From Gemmatales bacterium (GTDB lineage Bacteria > Planctomycetota > Planctomycetia > Gemmatales > HRBIN36): 64,000 nucleotides of DNA. Of this stretch, positions 50,781 through 61,299 are shown one piece after another; position 1 is the first letter of the stretch; each line of letters opens with the position of its first letter. Both the position numbers and the translations under genes were made by a program. The stretch lies in the NCBI GenBank assembly GCA_041640595.1, contig JBEPZY010000008.1:72484-136483 (forward strand). Direction: 5' to 3'. The notes beneath the pieces are model-generated. The model ran no database searches, was not told the DNA's origin, and was given only the letters and a program-made list of their open reading frames with translations.

Positions 50781-51294
50781 CCCGCGGTCAGCACCCTGTC
50801 CTCGCCGGCAAGTATTTGTTATTGCATGGAACGCGGTCAACTTCCACACGGCACGGCAACACAATACCACACAGAATCACTAGGGAACTTTGCCGTAGCC
50901 TTCCGCTATTGGCCTCGGCGAGCCTGGTAGCAGGCCCTGCCGGGAGTAGGTTTCTATCTAGATGGTGCCCCAAGAGTAGCGCGCCATCTCGTCTGCCAGT
51001 AAACAATGGTGGCGATAGATTCCATATCGGTGGCGTCCACAGCTACCATCACGGCGGCTGGTCGTACCCGTTGCAGAACATCTCGCCCACTCCCGCCGCC
51101 TGCGCGAGGTGTTTTCGAGTCAGCAAATTGAGGTGGCTAAGAATGCGATGGAGCCGAACGCCAAGGCTCTAACGAGAGTTGGACGGAAGCAGAAGAAGCG
51201 GGGTCAGACGGAAAATGCCTGAGTCGCTCTGCTCCGGTTAGTAAGCAACCCAGCACGATTGCGGCGGAGAGGTTGACGGACAAAACGGCAGCGA

Positions 51295-51912
51295 TTACTG
51301 CGATCGAGTTAGCAACGTCGGGAGCAGAATTTCCACGGCCCGGCGGACGTATTTGCTGAGGATATCTACTTCCAGGTTGACTGTTTCGCCCACGCGACGC
51401 AGCCCCAACGTCGTGTGTGCAAGCGTGTAGGGAATGAGTGCCACGCTGAAGCGGTCAGGCTGCACCTCAACCAGGGTCAAGCTAACGCCATCCAGGGCTA
51501 CCGAACCTTTGGGAACCATGTACGCGAGGAGTTCCGGCGCACAGGTGAACCAGACCAGATCAAAGTCCTGCTGGTGTTGCCGTGAAAGTACCGTGGCCAG
51601 TCCGTCCACATGGCCCTGAACCCAGTGCCCACCCAGCGGAGCACCAAGACGAACCGGACGCTCGAGATTGACTGGTTGGCCAGGCGATAGCGACCCCAGG
51701 TTGGTACGCGACAGGGTTTCCGGCGCCAGGTCGAAATGCAAGTGCTCGCCTTCGACAGCCACCACCGTCAGGCACACCCCGTTGACTGCCAGGCTATCCC
51801 CTGGTCGGAGTTCACGAGCCAGACCGGCGTGGCTGAGAACCAAACGCCGACCGCTGTTATGCTCGCGTAGTTCCACGACCGTGCCCAGGATTTCGATTAT
51901 GCCGGTGAACAT
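51295..51912 (-). CDS. ribE: riboflavin synthase alpha chain
   Basis: MFTGII, SLAVNGVCLTV, VNLER, GGHWVQGHVD, GSVALDGVSLT, VNLEVD. Confidence 0.97.
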   Translation of the reverse strand: MFTGIIEILGTVVELREHNSGRRLVLSHAGLARELRPGDSLAVNGVCLTVVAVEGEHLHFDLAPETLSRTNLGSLSPGQPVNLERPVRLGAPLGGHWVQGHVDGLATVLSRQHQQDFDLVWFTCAPELLAYMVPKGSVALDGVSLTLVEVQPDRFSVALIPYTLAHTTLGLRRVGETVNLEVDILSKYVRRAVEILLPTLLTRSQ

Positions 51913-52012
51913 GGCGAATCTCCAGAAGTGTTCTCGATGCCGCTCGCTGGTCTGGCAAGTGAAATGCTACCAGCGCTGAGCTTTGTATGTTCGGAACCGG
52001 CACATGGCATCG

Positions 52013-52816
52013 TTAGCGGTCGGGGCGAACCACCTCAGCTGCTTCGAGAGCTTTAGCGACGGGGCGACGTACAAGCAACCCAGTTGGCCCCAGGAAAATA
52101 TACAACCAGCAGAGCCCCACCAGAGCCACTTCCTTCAGCAACACAACCAGGAATCCGGCCAGGATCAACTCGACCAGTTCGGTAAAAGGTCGGCGTCGGT
52201 GCAACAACTTCGTGGCCAGATGCGGATACGGGATTCGCGAGACCATCAGCACAGCGACCAGCGTGGCACCAATCGGAGCCAGCCAGTGCACTGCCTCGCG
52301 TATTTCTTCCGGCAACCAGGGATAAGCCATGGGAGAATAGCGTACCAAAACCAGCGAAGCGAGACAGCCAGCCGCAGCTGGGGATGGCAGGCCCTGAAAA
52401 CTGCGATGGCTTTTTGCGTCGAGGCTGGTCTGAACATTGAACCGGGCCAGCCGAAGCACTGCACACACCATGTACAGCAGGGCAACCAGCAGAAAAATCT
52501 CCCCGGCCAGTCGTCCGGAAAAATGACTGCCCAGCTGCAGCACTAAAAAACCCGGTGCCGCTCCGAAACTGATCGCATCACAAAGGCTGTCGAGTTCGGC
52601 GCCAAACTGACTCGCCGTCCGCGACCGCCGTGCCAGATACCCATCGAACATGTCGAAAACCATAGCGGCGAAGATCAACCATCCTGCTACGTAAAAAGCG
52701 GTCTCGTTGGGCCAATCGGAAGCCAAACCGGCTCCGGTTGCCAGCATGATGGCCGTGAAACCACACGCGGCATTGCCCAGGGTGCACAGCGTCGGCAAAA
52801 GCGCAATTCTTCGCAA
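52013..52816 (-). CDS. pssA: CDP-diacylglycerol--serine O-phosphatidyltransferase
   Basis: LPTLCTLGN, FDMFDGYLAR...SQFGAELDSLCDAISFG, LRLARFN, FQGLPSP; TTG start after GGAG. Confidence 0.92.
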   Translation of the reverse strand: MRRIALLPTLCTLGNAACGFTAIMLATGAGLASDWPNETAFYVAGWLIFAAMVFDMFDGYLARRSRTASQFGAELDSLCDAISFGAAPGFLVLQLGSHFSGRLAGEIFLLVALLYMVCAVLRLARFNVQTSLDAKSHRSFQGLPSPAAAGCLASLVLVRYSPMAYPWLPEEIREAVHWLAPIGATLVAVLMVSRIPYPHLATKLLHRRRPFTELVELILAGFLVVLLKEVALVGLCWLYIFLGPTGLLVRRPVAKALEAAEVVRPDR

Positions 52817-53345
52817 AGGCCGGTTCTCCCGTAAGCGCCCGCAGTCCGGTCGGCATGCCCTTACTGCATGACCGTAGGGCAAGGATTTGGCATCATTATA
52901 CTCGATCGAAGAGACGCAATAAAGCAGAATTTATCACGCCCCCATCTGCCCCGGCGAGAGCATGAACCACCCAGGCCGTAACCGTGCAGTTTACTAAAGC
53001 ACCGAACCAGTGGCGGATGTTCGACCAGTAACAGCTATCTGGTCGGTGCAGAAAGCACCAGCGAATCTCCGGTGGCCTGGCTGCCACTGTGGAAAGGCTA
53101 GCTGACACAACGGTAAGCCGTGATTCGATACCAAATACATACCGGGGCGGGACAACCGATGTGCAGGCCGGCCAAGTTCGCAATGGGGTGCAGGATAACG
53201 ATTTATTCTGCGTCGGAGCATCGCGCGAGTCCACCAACTGAAGCGGAGGTCGCAACAACGGTAACGATTCATTGAGCGTCGGAACATCGCACCGGTCAGG
53301 ATGTTTGATGGGCGTGAGGTTGGCGTGGTTGGTAGCCAGCCGGAC

Positions 53346-53385
53346 TTGACAGGGCCGATAGTTTGTATAGTGTATATGTGTACAC
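53346..53385 (+). promoter_or_regulatory. sigma70-like promoter overlapped by candidate LexA (SOS) box 1
   Basis: TTGACA(53346)-N16-TAGTGT; palindrome G-TGTAT-ATGT-GTACA-C at 53370-53385. Confidence 0.55.
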
Positions 53386-53553
53386 ACATTCAGCGGGATG
53401 CTTCGATCCTTCTACCGGCTGGTCAGGTTCTTTTGAAACTGATGCCTTCCGAAGCGGAGTCAGCCGATGACGTGGACAACTGCTTCGAGTCCCCTGGTCT
53501 CTGCGAAGCCAATAACGATCGAGGAGGTCGGCAGCGTAGCGGTTCCCTCTTCG

Positions 53554-53572
53554 TATAGTGTACGCAGGAACA
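53554..53572 (+). promoter_or_regulatory. candidate LexA (SOS) box 2 overlapping a TATAGT element
   Basis: TGTAC-GCAG-GAACA at 53559-53572, in the same GTATAGTGTA context as box 1. Confidence 0.45.
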
Positions 53573-53643
53573 TTATATCTTCGAGCCACGACCAGGCATG
53601 CTTATCAACAAAGCCAGATGTCGCTCCTGACCTGGAATCGTCT

Positions 53644-54924
53644 GTGCAGGGGCAACCAGCGGACCAGCGCAGCTGCGCCCTGGAGCTTCAGGATGCGGTT
53701 CGAACCTCGCTACGCTCGGACGGACGCATAGTGCTGCACTTAGATATAGACGCCTTTTTTGCATCCGTCGAGCAGTTAACAGATTCCCGATTACGGGGTC
53801 GGCCGGTCGCGGTAGGCACAGGCGTGGTAGCCAGCTGCAGTTATGAAGCACGCCAGTGGGGTGTACGCACCGCCATGCGCCTCAGTGAAGCTCGCCGACT
53901 TTGCCCGGAACTAATCGTCGTGCCGGGATATTATCCACGCTATGAAGCGATTGCCCGACAGATATTCGCCTTCTGCCAGCAATTTACTCCGCAGATCGAA
54001 TGTGCCGCTCTCGACGATTTTTATTTAGATTTAGGCGCTGCCGATGTTAGTGAGGGAGAACGTATAGGTCGGCAATTGCGCCAATGGGTGCGGGAGGTGT
54101 TGCGACTAAGTTTATCCATCGGTGCCGGAAGTTGCAAACTGGTTGCGGAAGTAGCCACCCATCAGGCAAAGCCCGGTCGTCAGGTTCAGGTATTTCCAGG
54201 GCGCGAACGTGATTACCTGGCACCCTGGCCAGTGACGATTTTACCAGGCGTCGGACCACAAGCTGCGCGTCAGTTAGTTCGGCTTGGTCTGCGCTATGTG
54301 GGGGAACTGGCGCAGGTTTCCGGGCGATTATTAGCGGGTTTGTTCGGCTGGCGCGGACGATGCTGGCATCTATATGCACAGGGGATCGATCTTCGGCCCG
54401 TCCAGCCGCATCACCAACCGCTAAGTATTAGCAGGCGCACCAGTTTTGCACCACCGGAATCGGATCCGATGTTTCTGCGCGCCATGTTGATTTATCTGCT
54501 GGAGCGTGCAGCAAGCTGGATGCGCTGGCAACAACGGCGCGCTGCTGGCTTAGAAGTCGCAGTGCGCTATGGCGACGGTGTTAGCCTCGCTAAATCATTT
54601 CGCCTCCGACCGCCAACCGATCACGACGCCACATTGCGCCCACTGGCATTAGAAGCTTTGGCTCGCTTATTAGAAAGGCGGCTCCCTATCCAACTATTAG
54701 CGGTTACATTACGGCCCTTAGCTCCTCACGACGGTCAGCTCTGGTTATATGGCGATCCCCAGCAGGAGCGGCAGAATCAATTGCAGCAATGGAAGGACGC
54801 CATCCGGCAGCGGTTCGGCCATTTATCTTTGACCAGCGGTGAGGAATTGCTGCTGCTGCTGCTGCAACGTCTGCCCCACGATCGGCACCGCTTGATTTTG
54901 CGCACTCCGTGTTTGACACGCTGA
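53644..54924 (+). CDS. dinB: Y-family DNA polymerase (DinB/Pol IV-like)
   Basis: HLDIDAFFASVE, SCSYEAR, ALDDFYLD, AKP, LPGVG, little-finger SISRRTSF, clamp-like QLWLY; start uncertain (ORF open from 53467). Confidence 0.88.
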   Translation: MQGQPADQRSCALELQDAVRTSLRSDGRIVLHLDIDAFFASVEQLTDSRLRGRPVAVGTGVVASCSYEARQWGVRTAMRLSEARRLCPELIVVPGYYPRYEAIARQIFAFCQQFTPQIECAALDDFYLDLGAADVSEGERIGRQLRQWVREVLRLSLSIGAGSCKLVAEVATHQAKPGRQVQVFPGRERDYLAPWPVTILPGVGPQAARQLVRLGLRYVGELAQVSGRLLAGLFGWRGRCWHLYAQGIDLRPVQPHHQPLSISRRTSFAPPESDPMFLRAMLIYLLERAASWMRWQQRRAAGLEVAVRYGDGVSLAKSFRLRPPTDHDATLRPLALEALARLLERRLPIQLLAVTLRPLAPHDGQLWLYGDPQQERQNQLQQWKDAIRQRFGHLSLTSGEELLLLLLQRLPHDRHRLILRTPCLTR

Positions 54925-54937
54925 CTGGAAGCTCGAT

Positions 54938-57900
54938 ATGCCGACGCGCCTGGTCGCCTTACATGTTCATAGCTGGTATTCCCTGCTGGAGGGCGTGGAC
55001 TCGCCGCAACGGTTGCTGGAAATGGCCGCTGCGCGGGGCTATATAGCACTGGCGTTTACCGATACTAATAACCTTTACGGTGTGCCGGCCATTTATGATC
55101 TGGCCTGGCAATACGGGGTGCGGCCGATTTTTGGCGCATGTTTGCGTCAACCTGAACCGCAGAATGCTTGCCGGCCTGAAGAAATGCCGGCCACGGATGC
55201 ACCGATACAGCCAGTCCGTTGCACGGTCCTGATTTCCGAGCCGGAGGGCTATAGCAACCTATGCACTATATTAAGCCGCCTCCATGTGCACTCTGATCCA
55301 CTGCCAGAGTTGCTGCTGGAATATCATGAGGGTTTGCAGGTATTAGTGGATAATCCCCAATGGCTTGCGGCATTGCAACCTGTATGGCGTGAACGTTTGT
55401 GGGCGGAGTTGATTCGACCCGGAAGGTCTATAAAGCAAGAACGGGCATTATTAGAAACAGCAGCAGCCCGAGGCATTCGGGTTGTAGCCAGTTGGGCGGT
55501 TCATTTCGCTGAATCACGGGGCTGGGAGGCGTTTCGCCTGCTTCAGGCGATTCGCTATCGGAAAATGGTAGCTCGTTTGCCCAAACGCCTAGGGGTCACG
55601 CCAGCACATTACCTACTTAGCGCAGCAGAAGTATGGCATCGGTTTGCAGACATCCCTGAAGCCCTGGTACATGCAGAACAACTGGCGGAACGCTGTCGCT
55701 CCGATGTCTTGCCTCGACAATTAGTCGTACCCGCACCGCCGGAATACTGGTCTGGCCCGGCTTCCCAGCAAGCATGCTTGCAGCAATTACGGCATCGGTG
55801 TCTCCAGGCTCTAAGTCAATATCCTGGCGATCTTGATGAAGCTGACGCTCGGTTACAGGAGGAACTAAACATCATCGAACAGCGTAACCTGGCCGGTTAT
55901 TTTCTTGTGGTCCACGAAATCGCCCAGGAAGCCCGGCGCCGAGGTTATCCGATGGCCCTGCGTGGTTCTGCGGGAAATTCGCTGGTATGTTATCTTCTCG
56001 GTATTACCGACATAGACCCGCTCCGTTATCGCCTTCCATTGGCGCGTTTTCTGCATGCGGGTCGAGGCGATTTACCAGATATAGACCTGGATTTTGACTG
56101 GCGTGTTCGGGACGAAATCATGGCCTGGATGGTGCAGCGCTTCGGGGCAGAACATACAGCACAGGTGAGCTCCCATCTGTTTTTCCAACCTCGTTCCGCC
56201 TTTCGTGAAGCTGCCAAGGCCTATGGTTTATCGAACTCGCAAATATCTCGACTTCTGGTCCGTCTGGAGGCACGCCTGGAAAGCTTAGTAGATAGACAAT
56301 CCGAACTGTCCAGTACGCCGACATGGCAATTGTTGTGCCAGGCGGGAAAGGAGCTTCTACCGGAAACCTGCTGGGCACGAATATTAGAAGCGACGCACTG
56401 GCTTCTCGGCAGACCCTATCATCTTTCCCTGCATCCCGGTGGTATGGTACTTACACCGGATCCGTTGTGTCGGCATGTACCGCTGCAACGTGCGCCGAAA
56501 GGCGTGATCATGACGCAACTGGATAAAGACGGTGTCGAACGCATTGGCTTAGTGAAAATAGATGTTCTGGGGAATCGGGCTTTAGCCACCTTGACAGAAG
56601 CACGATGTTTAGCCGGTTCGAAGGTGCAAATATCCGAAACTGACGCCGACACTTTACGACTCTTACAGCGAGGCGATACCCTGGGTGTAAATCAACTGGA
56701 ATCGCCTGCCATGCGTCATTTACTGGTCCAGTATCAACCCCAGACGCGGGACGATCTAATAAATGTGCTGGCCCTGATTCGCCCGGCAGCAGCATCTATA
56801 GGCAATAAAGAGCTGTTTCTTCGCCGACGGCGTGGCTTAGAACCACCGCCGCCATTGTCCGCACAGTTAGAGCCAATCCTGGGTGAAACCTGCGGGCTGA
56901 TGATTTTTGAGGACCAGGCACTTTTGGCGATCCAGGCGGTGACGGGTTGGCCAGCGGCTGAGGCCGATCAGTTACGCAAGGCCATCAGCAATGGCTTGCC
57001 TGCCGACCAGGCCGCTGATTGGTGGCAGCGCTTCGTGCGAGCCTGTCGAGTTCAGGGTGTTAGTCGGGAGATCGCCGAGCACATCTGGACGCAACTGGCC
57101 CGTTTCAACGCCTATTCTTTCTGCAAAAGCCACGCGGTGAGCTATGGCTGGCTGGCGTGGGAAGTGGCCTGGTATAAGGCCCATTATCCCCTGGCATTCT
57201 GGACAGCAGCACTTAATAATAACCTGGGCATGTATCCGCTCTGGCTCTATATCGAGGCTATCAAGTGGTCTAATATACACTTATTGCCGCCGTGTGTGAA
57301 TCGCTCGGATCTAACGTTTCGGATAGATGGCGATGGTATTCGCGTGGGTCTGGGTAATATTCGGGGCGTGCCACGGACTATATTGACAGCGATTGTGCGA
57401 GAACGTGAGCGGCGGGGGCCATTTACCAGTATCCGTGATCTGTGTCGTCGAGTCCATATCGGGCCGGAAGCATTGGCACAACTCATTCAGGCGGGGGCAT
57501 GCGATTTTGCTGGTCTATCTCGTGAGGAACTGTTCTTGGAGGCCAGCTTGTATTTTCGCCGTTATGATGAAACGGCTATCTTCGCAGGGCACCTGGAGCA
57601 TCCACCTCCTTTGTTGCCGTGCATAAATCGGGCCCCGGCTCCAGCAACTAAGCAGAGCCTGGCTGAGGCGGTCAGACAATGGGAGACGCTTGGTTTTGTT
57701 ATAGAGGTGCCATTGATGGCCCTGTTCCGGCCATGCTTACCGTCTGGTCTGGCCGATAGCCGAGCCCTGCAGGAACCGCCGGGTGCGCGCCTGACCCTGG
57801 CGGGGCTGGTAGCTGCCAGTCGCATTACCACGACGACGGATGGAAAACCCATGCAGTTTCTTACCCTGGCGGATGAATGGGGATTGGTTGAGGTGACGCT

Positions 57901-58036
57901 ATTCCCCGATATCTGCCCTATCCTGGCGAGTCCTGCACTGGGGCCTTATCTGGTCACCGGACAAATTGAGGAGCATCTAGGTGCTCGTACATTGAGAGCC
58001 ATTCAAAGACCGGAACTGTGCATGCAGTGTTCCTGA
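54938..58036 (+). CDS. dnaE2: error-prone DNA polymerase III alpha subunit (DnaE2-like)
   Basis: PHP LHVHSWYSLLEG, RGSAGNSLVCYLLGITDIDP, PDIDLDF, KIDVLG, YSFCKSHAVSY, C-terminal OB fold; short (1032 aa) and next to a Y-polymerase. Confidence 0.9.
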   Translation: MPTRLVALHVHSWYSLLEGVDSPQRLLEMAAARGYIALAFTDTNNLYGVPAIYDLAWQYGVRPIFGACLRQPEPQNACRPEEMPATDAPIQPVRCTVLISEPEGYSNLCTILSRLHVHSDPLPELLLEYHEGLQVLVDNPQWLAALQPVWRERLWAELIRPGRSIKQERALLETAAARGIRVVASWAVHFAESRGWEAFRLLQAIRYRKMVARLPKRLGVTPAHYLLSAAEVWHRFADIPEALVHAEQLAERCRSDVLPRQLVVPAPPEYWSGPASQQACLQQLRHRCLQALSQYPGDLDEADARLQEELNIIEQRNLAGYFLVVHEIAQEARRRGYPMALRGSAGNSLVCYLLGITDIDPLRYRLPLARFLHAGRGDLPDIDLDFDWRVRDEIMAWMVQRFGAEHTAQVSSHLFFQPRSAFREAAKAYGLSNSQISRLLVRLEARLESLVDRQSELSSTPTWQLLCQAGKELLPETCWARILEATHWLLGRPYHLSLHPGGMVLTPDPLCRHVPLQRAPKGVIMTQLDKDGVERIGLVKIDVLGNRALATLTEARCLAGSKVQISETDADTLRLLQRGDTLGVNQLESPAMRHLLVQYQPQTRDDLINVLALIRPAAASIGNKELFLRRRRGLEPPPPLSAQLEPILGETCGLMIFEDQALLAIQAVTGWPAAEADQLRKAISNGLPADQAADWWQRFVRACRVQGVSREIAEHIWTQLARFNAYSFCKSHAVSYGWLAWEVAWYKAHYPLAFWTAALNNNLGMYPLWLYIEAIKWSNIHLLPPCVNRSDLTFRIDGDGIRVGLGNIRGVPRTILTAIVRERERRGPFTSIRDLCRRVHIGPEALAQLIQAGACDFAGLSREELFLEASLYFRRYDETAIFAGHLEHPPPLLPCINRAPAPATKQSLAEAVRQWETLGFVIEVPLMALFRPCLPSGLADSRALQEPPGARLTLAGLVAASRITTTTDGKPMQFLTLADEWGLVEVTLFPDICPILASPALGPYLVTGQIEEHLGARTLRAIQRPELCMQCS

Positions 58037-58363
58037 AGCCATTGCACGAATATCACCCGACGCGCGTCCCGTTACAATCGAAAGCGAGTGCTCTGCGATA
58101 TAAGCAAAAGCTCGGTCGGATGTGCTAAAATGGTAAGATGGTCGCAAGCCGTAGCCAATACCGGGTCGCTTACCCATTGTCGGCAACGATGGCGTCGTGC
58201 CCGGGGCAGGCGATAAAATTGGCCCGCGGCAGTGCGTCTCGTGGTGAATTAGTCTGTAAAAAGTCGGCCTGATCTGATAAACTCATTCGCTTGAAGTCAG
58301 CCGAAGCTTTTCAAAGGCGAAGCGAGAAACTTTCAGCGAGACGGAGATTTCTCGGAGCGATCT

Positions 58364-59422
58364 ATGCGAGTCGGGATTCTAACCGGAGGTGGTGATTGTC
58401 CCGGACTGAACGCGGTGATTCGAGCGGTGGTGCGGAAAATTCATAACGCCGGCGGGGAAGCGGTGGGCATTCTCGAAGGCTGGCGTGGGTTGGTGGAGGA
58501 CCGCACCCGACCACTTACGGTAGAGGAAACCGATGGCATCATCGGTCAGGGCGGCACCATACTTTTTTCCTCGCGCACCAATCCATTCAAATCGCCAGAC
58601 AAAGTCGAAAAACTGCGGCAGGTATTCCGGCGACATCAATTCGACGCGCTTGTGGCCATCGGTGGGGAAGATACGCTGGGAGTGGCTCATCGGCTGCACC
58701 GCGAATTCGATTTACCGATCGTAGGCGTGCCGAAAACGATTGATAATGACCTGTCGGCCACGGATTTTACGTTTGGATTCGATACGGCCATTAATGTCGT
58801 CGTCGAAGCTGTGGATCGGTTGCGGACGACGGCGGAGTCCCACCGCCGCATCATGATTGTAGAAACTATGGGCCGACACGCTGGCTGGATCGCTTGCCTC
58901 AGTGGTATCGCCGTAGGAGCGGATTACATTTTGGTTCCGGAAGTGCCGGTCAATCTCGATCATCTCTGCGAAGTGCTGCGACGCCGACGTGAGCAAGGTC
59001 GCCCTAGCAGTATTGTCGTCGTCAGTGAAGGCGTTACTCTTCCCGAAGGAACGGTTGTCCAGCAAACGCAGCTGGATGAGTTCGGACATGTTCGGCTGGG
59101 CGGAATAGGAGCCGCGTTGGCTTCGCTCGTCGAAAATCGTCTGGGAATCGAGACCCGCTACGTGATCCTTGGCCACCTGCAGCGTGGCGGACCGCCGACG
59201 GCGTACGATCGCGTGCTGGCGACACGCTTCGGCATCAAGGCGGCGGAACTGGTACTGAACGGACAGTTCGGCCAGATGGCAGCCTTGCGCGGTACCGAAA
59301 TTGTCGCTGTCCCGCTGGCACAAGCCGTTGCCGAAATCAAAAAGCTCGACCTGCGTTATTACGAGGAAGCCCAGGAGTGGTTCTTCGGGGCTTATACGCA
59401 ACCACGCACTTCGCTGACGTAA
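58364..59422 (+). CDS. pfkA: 6-phosphofructokinase, group III (mixed-substrate) type
   Basis: [42 protein letters not shown]. Confidence 0.95.
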   Translation: MRVGILTGGGDCPGLNAVIRAVVRKIHNAGGEAVGILEGWRGLVEDRTRPLTVEETDGIIGQGGTILFSSRTNPFKSPDKVEKLRQVFRRHQFDALVAIGGEDTLGVAHRLHREFDLPIVGVPKTIDNDLSATDFTFGFDTAINVVVEAVDRLRTTAESHRRIMIVETMGRHAGWIACLSGIAVGADYILVPEVPVNLDHLCEVLRRRREQGRPSSIVVVSEGVTLPEGTVVQQTQLDEFGHVRLGGIGAALASLVENRLGIETRYVILGHLQRGGPPTAYDRVLATRFGIKAAELVLNGQFGQMAALRGTEIVAVPLAQAVAEIKKLDLRYYEEAQEWFFGAYTQPRTSLT

Positions 59423-59450
59423 ACGTGGCCTTTACCGGCGCGAACCGGGA

Positions 59451-59573
59451 CTGGCCAAGCCCGGACCGAATGCGCTGTGCTCCATGCTAACGGCTCCAAG
59501 CCGCTTCCCGCATAGTGCGTTTGGTTACGCTGGACAAGCCCAGACCGAATGCGCTGTGCCCATGCCGACGGCT
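59451..59573. repeat. two imperfect ~44-bp direct repeats, period 79
   Basis: CTGGMCAAGCCCRGACCGAATGCGCTGTGC...CATGC at 59451 and 59530. Confidence 0.75.
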
Positions 59574-59997
59574 AGCGGAACGCATGTGTATGCTTTCCGC
59601 AGCCAGATTGCCTGGTAAGAGGGGAACAATCCGATAACCCGATGCTGGGAACAGCCGAGCGAGCGGACGAAAACAAAGGAGAACCGGTGGCCCGGCAGTA
59701 ACAAACCAATTTGCCCAGCAACAAGATAATGACCCGATACTGGAAACCCTGCCGTTCACGGCAATCCTGGCTTCGATTCGACCGGTGACACCGGGGGCAA
59801 AATTACAACTGGCGAATTTGTCATGCGCTTGCTGCGACCAAAGTTTTGCAGCGGCAGGTTGCGCCCGCGACACCGAGTTTCCGACCAGCGCTTCGGTCAA
59901 GGTGAGGACCGGCACGCGCACGCTGTCTAAAGCGTTGCGCCCGGAGAAGTAAGGTATCCGCCAGTGTTTCGCCGGCAGCAATCAATGGCCGGACGCA

Positions 59998-61068
59998 TCA
60001 GTCGGGTTGGTTTTCGATAGCCTGGACGACAAGGTCGCCGACTTCGCTGGTGGTATAGCCCATTTGTCCCGCGGCCATGCTCTTGAGTTTGTGAGCGGTT
60101 ACAAAAGCGACGGCCTGTTCGACCCGTTGCGCGGCCTTTTTCTCGCCCAGAAACTCGAGCATCATTTTCAGGGCCAGGATAGCGGCCAGGGGATTAATTT
60201 TTCCCGTGCCGGTGTATTTCGGTGCGGAACCACCCATCGGTTCGAACATACTCGTGCCATTCGGGTTGATGTTCGCACCAGCGGCCACTCCCAGGCCACC
60301 CTGCAAAATGGCCGCCAAGTCCGTGATGATGTCGCCGAACATGTTTTCGGTAACGATGGTATCGTACCACTCCGGATTTTTGACCATCCACATACAGCAA
60401 GCGTCCACGTGGTTGTAGTCGGTCTTGATATCGGGATATTGTTGAGCGAGTTCCTGAAACACACGCCACCAAAGATCGTGTGCGTAGGTGAGCACATTGG
60501 TCTTGAGGACGAGGGTGAGTTTTTTCTGGTCGTTACGTTGGCGGCAAAATTCAAAAGCGTACCGCAGACAACGTTCCACTCCTTGCCGGGTATTGATGAG
60601 TTCCTGAGTTGCTACTTCCCAGGGCGTGCCCTTGTGCAGGAATCCGCCGGCACCGCAATAAAGGCCTTCGGTGTTTTCGCGGATGATAACGAAGTCAATA
60701 TCCTCGGGGCCTTTGTTTTTGATGGGCGTTTCCACGCCTGGATAAAGTTTGACCGGTCGGAGGTTGATATACTGCTGAAACTCGAAGCGAATCCGCAGAA
60801 GCAAACCGCGTTCGAGAATTCCCGGAGGCACATCCGGATGGCCAACTGCTCCCAGATAAATGGCTCGGAATTGCCCCAGTTCACGCAGCACCGAGTCGGG
60901 CAAAACCTCACCGGTTCGCAAATACCGCTCACCACCGAGATCGTATTCGACGGTTTCGTAGGTAAAACCTTCCCGCCGCGCCACCGCTTGCAAGACCTTC
61001 AGGCCTTCGCGCACCACTTCGGGGCCGGTACCGTCGCCACCAATGACTGCAATGCGATAATGCCGCAT
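59998..61068 (-). CDS. leuB: 3-isopropylmalate dehydrogenase
   Basis: GDGTGPEV, LLRIRF...YINLRP, IIRENTEG, NMFGDIITD, MFEP.GGSAP, INP; GGAGG RBS before ATG 61068. Confidence 0.9.
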   Translation of the reverse strand: MRHYRIAVIGGDGTGPEVVREGLKVLQAVARREGFTYETVEYDLGGERYLRTGEVLPDSVLRELGQFRAIYLGAVGHPDVPPGILERGLLLRIRFEFQQYINLRPVKLYPGVETPIKNKGPEDIDFVIIRENTEGLYCGAGGFLHKGTPWEVATQELINTRQGVERCLRYAFEFCRQRNDQKKLTLVLKTNVLTYAHDLWWRVFQELAQQYPDIKTDYNHVDACCMWMVKNPEWYDTIVTENMFGDIITDLAAILQGGLGVAAGANINPNGTSMFEPMGGSAPKYTGTGKINPLAAILALKMMLEFLGEKKAAQRVEQAVAFVTAHKLKSMAAGQMGYTTSEVGDLVVQAIENQPD

Positions 61069-61299
61069 CTGCTGCGATCCTCCCATGCTCTAAGCCCGAT
61101 GTTGCCTTGGTCGTGCTGTGCTCAAATTAGCCACCCACAATCTCCGGCAACTGTCCATGCATCACTGGCCACCGCTGACGGCACGATCGAACCACGCGAT
61201 TGGCCGCCTATCGCCGAGGGCAGTTCCGGTTGCGTTTGCGCTTGTCTAGCATATTGATAGCATACCACAGGTAGGAATCCGAGCCGAGGGAATTTCGTT

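Noticed and set aside
54847..54866. (CTG)5 run in dinB as a phase-variation tract
   Set aside because: Short triplet repeat that only changes Leu count and cannot shift frame
60007..61257. 416-aa plus-strand ORF
   Set aside because: Antisense shadow of leuB caused by codon bias
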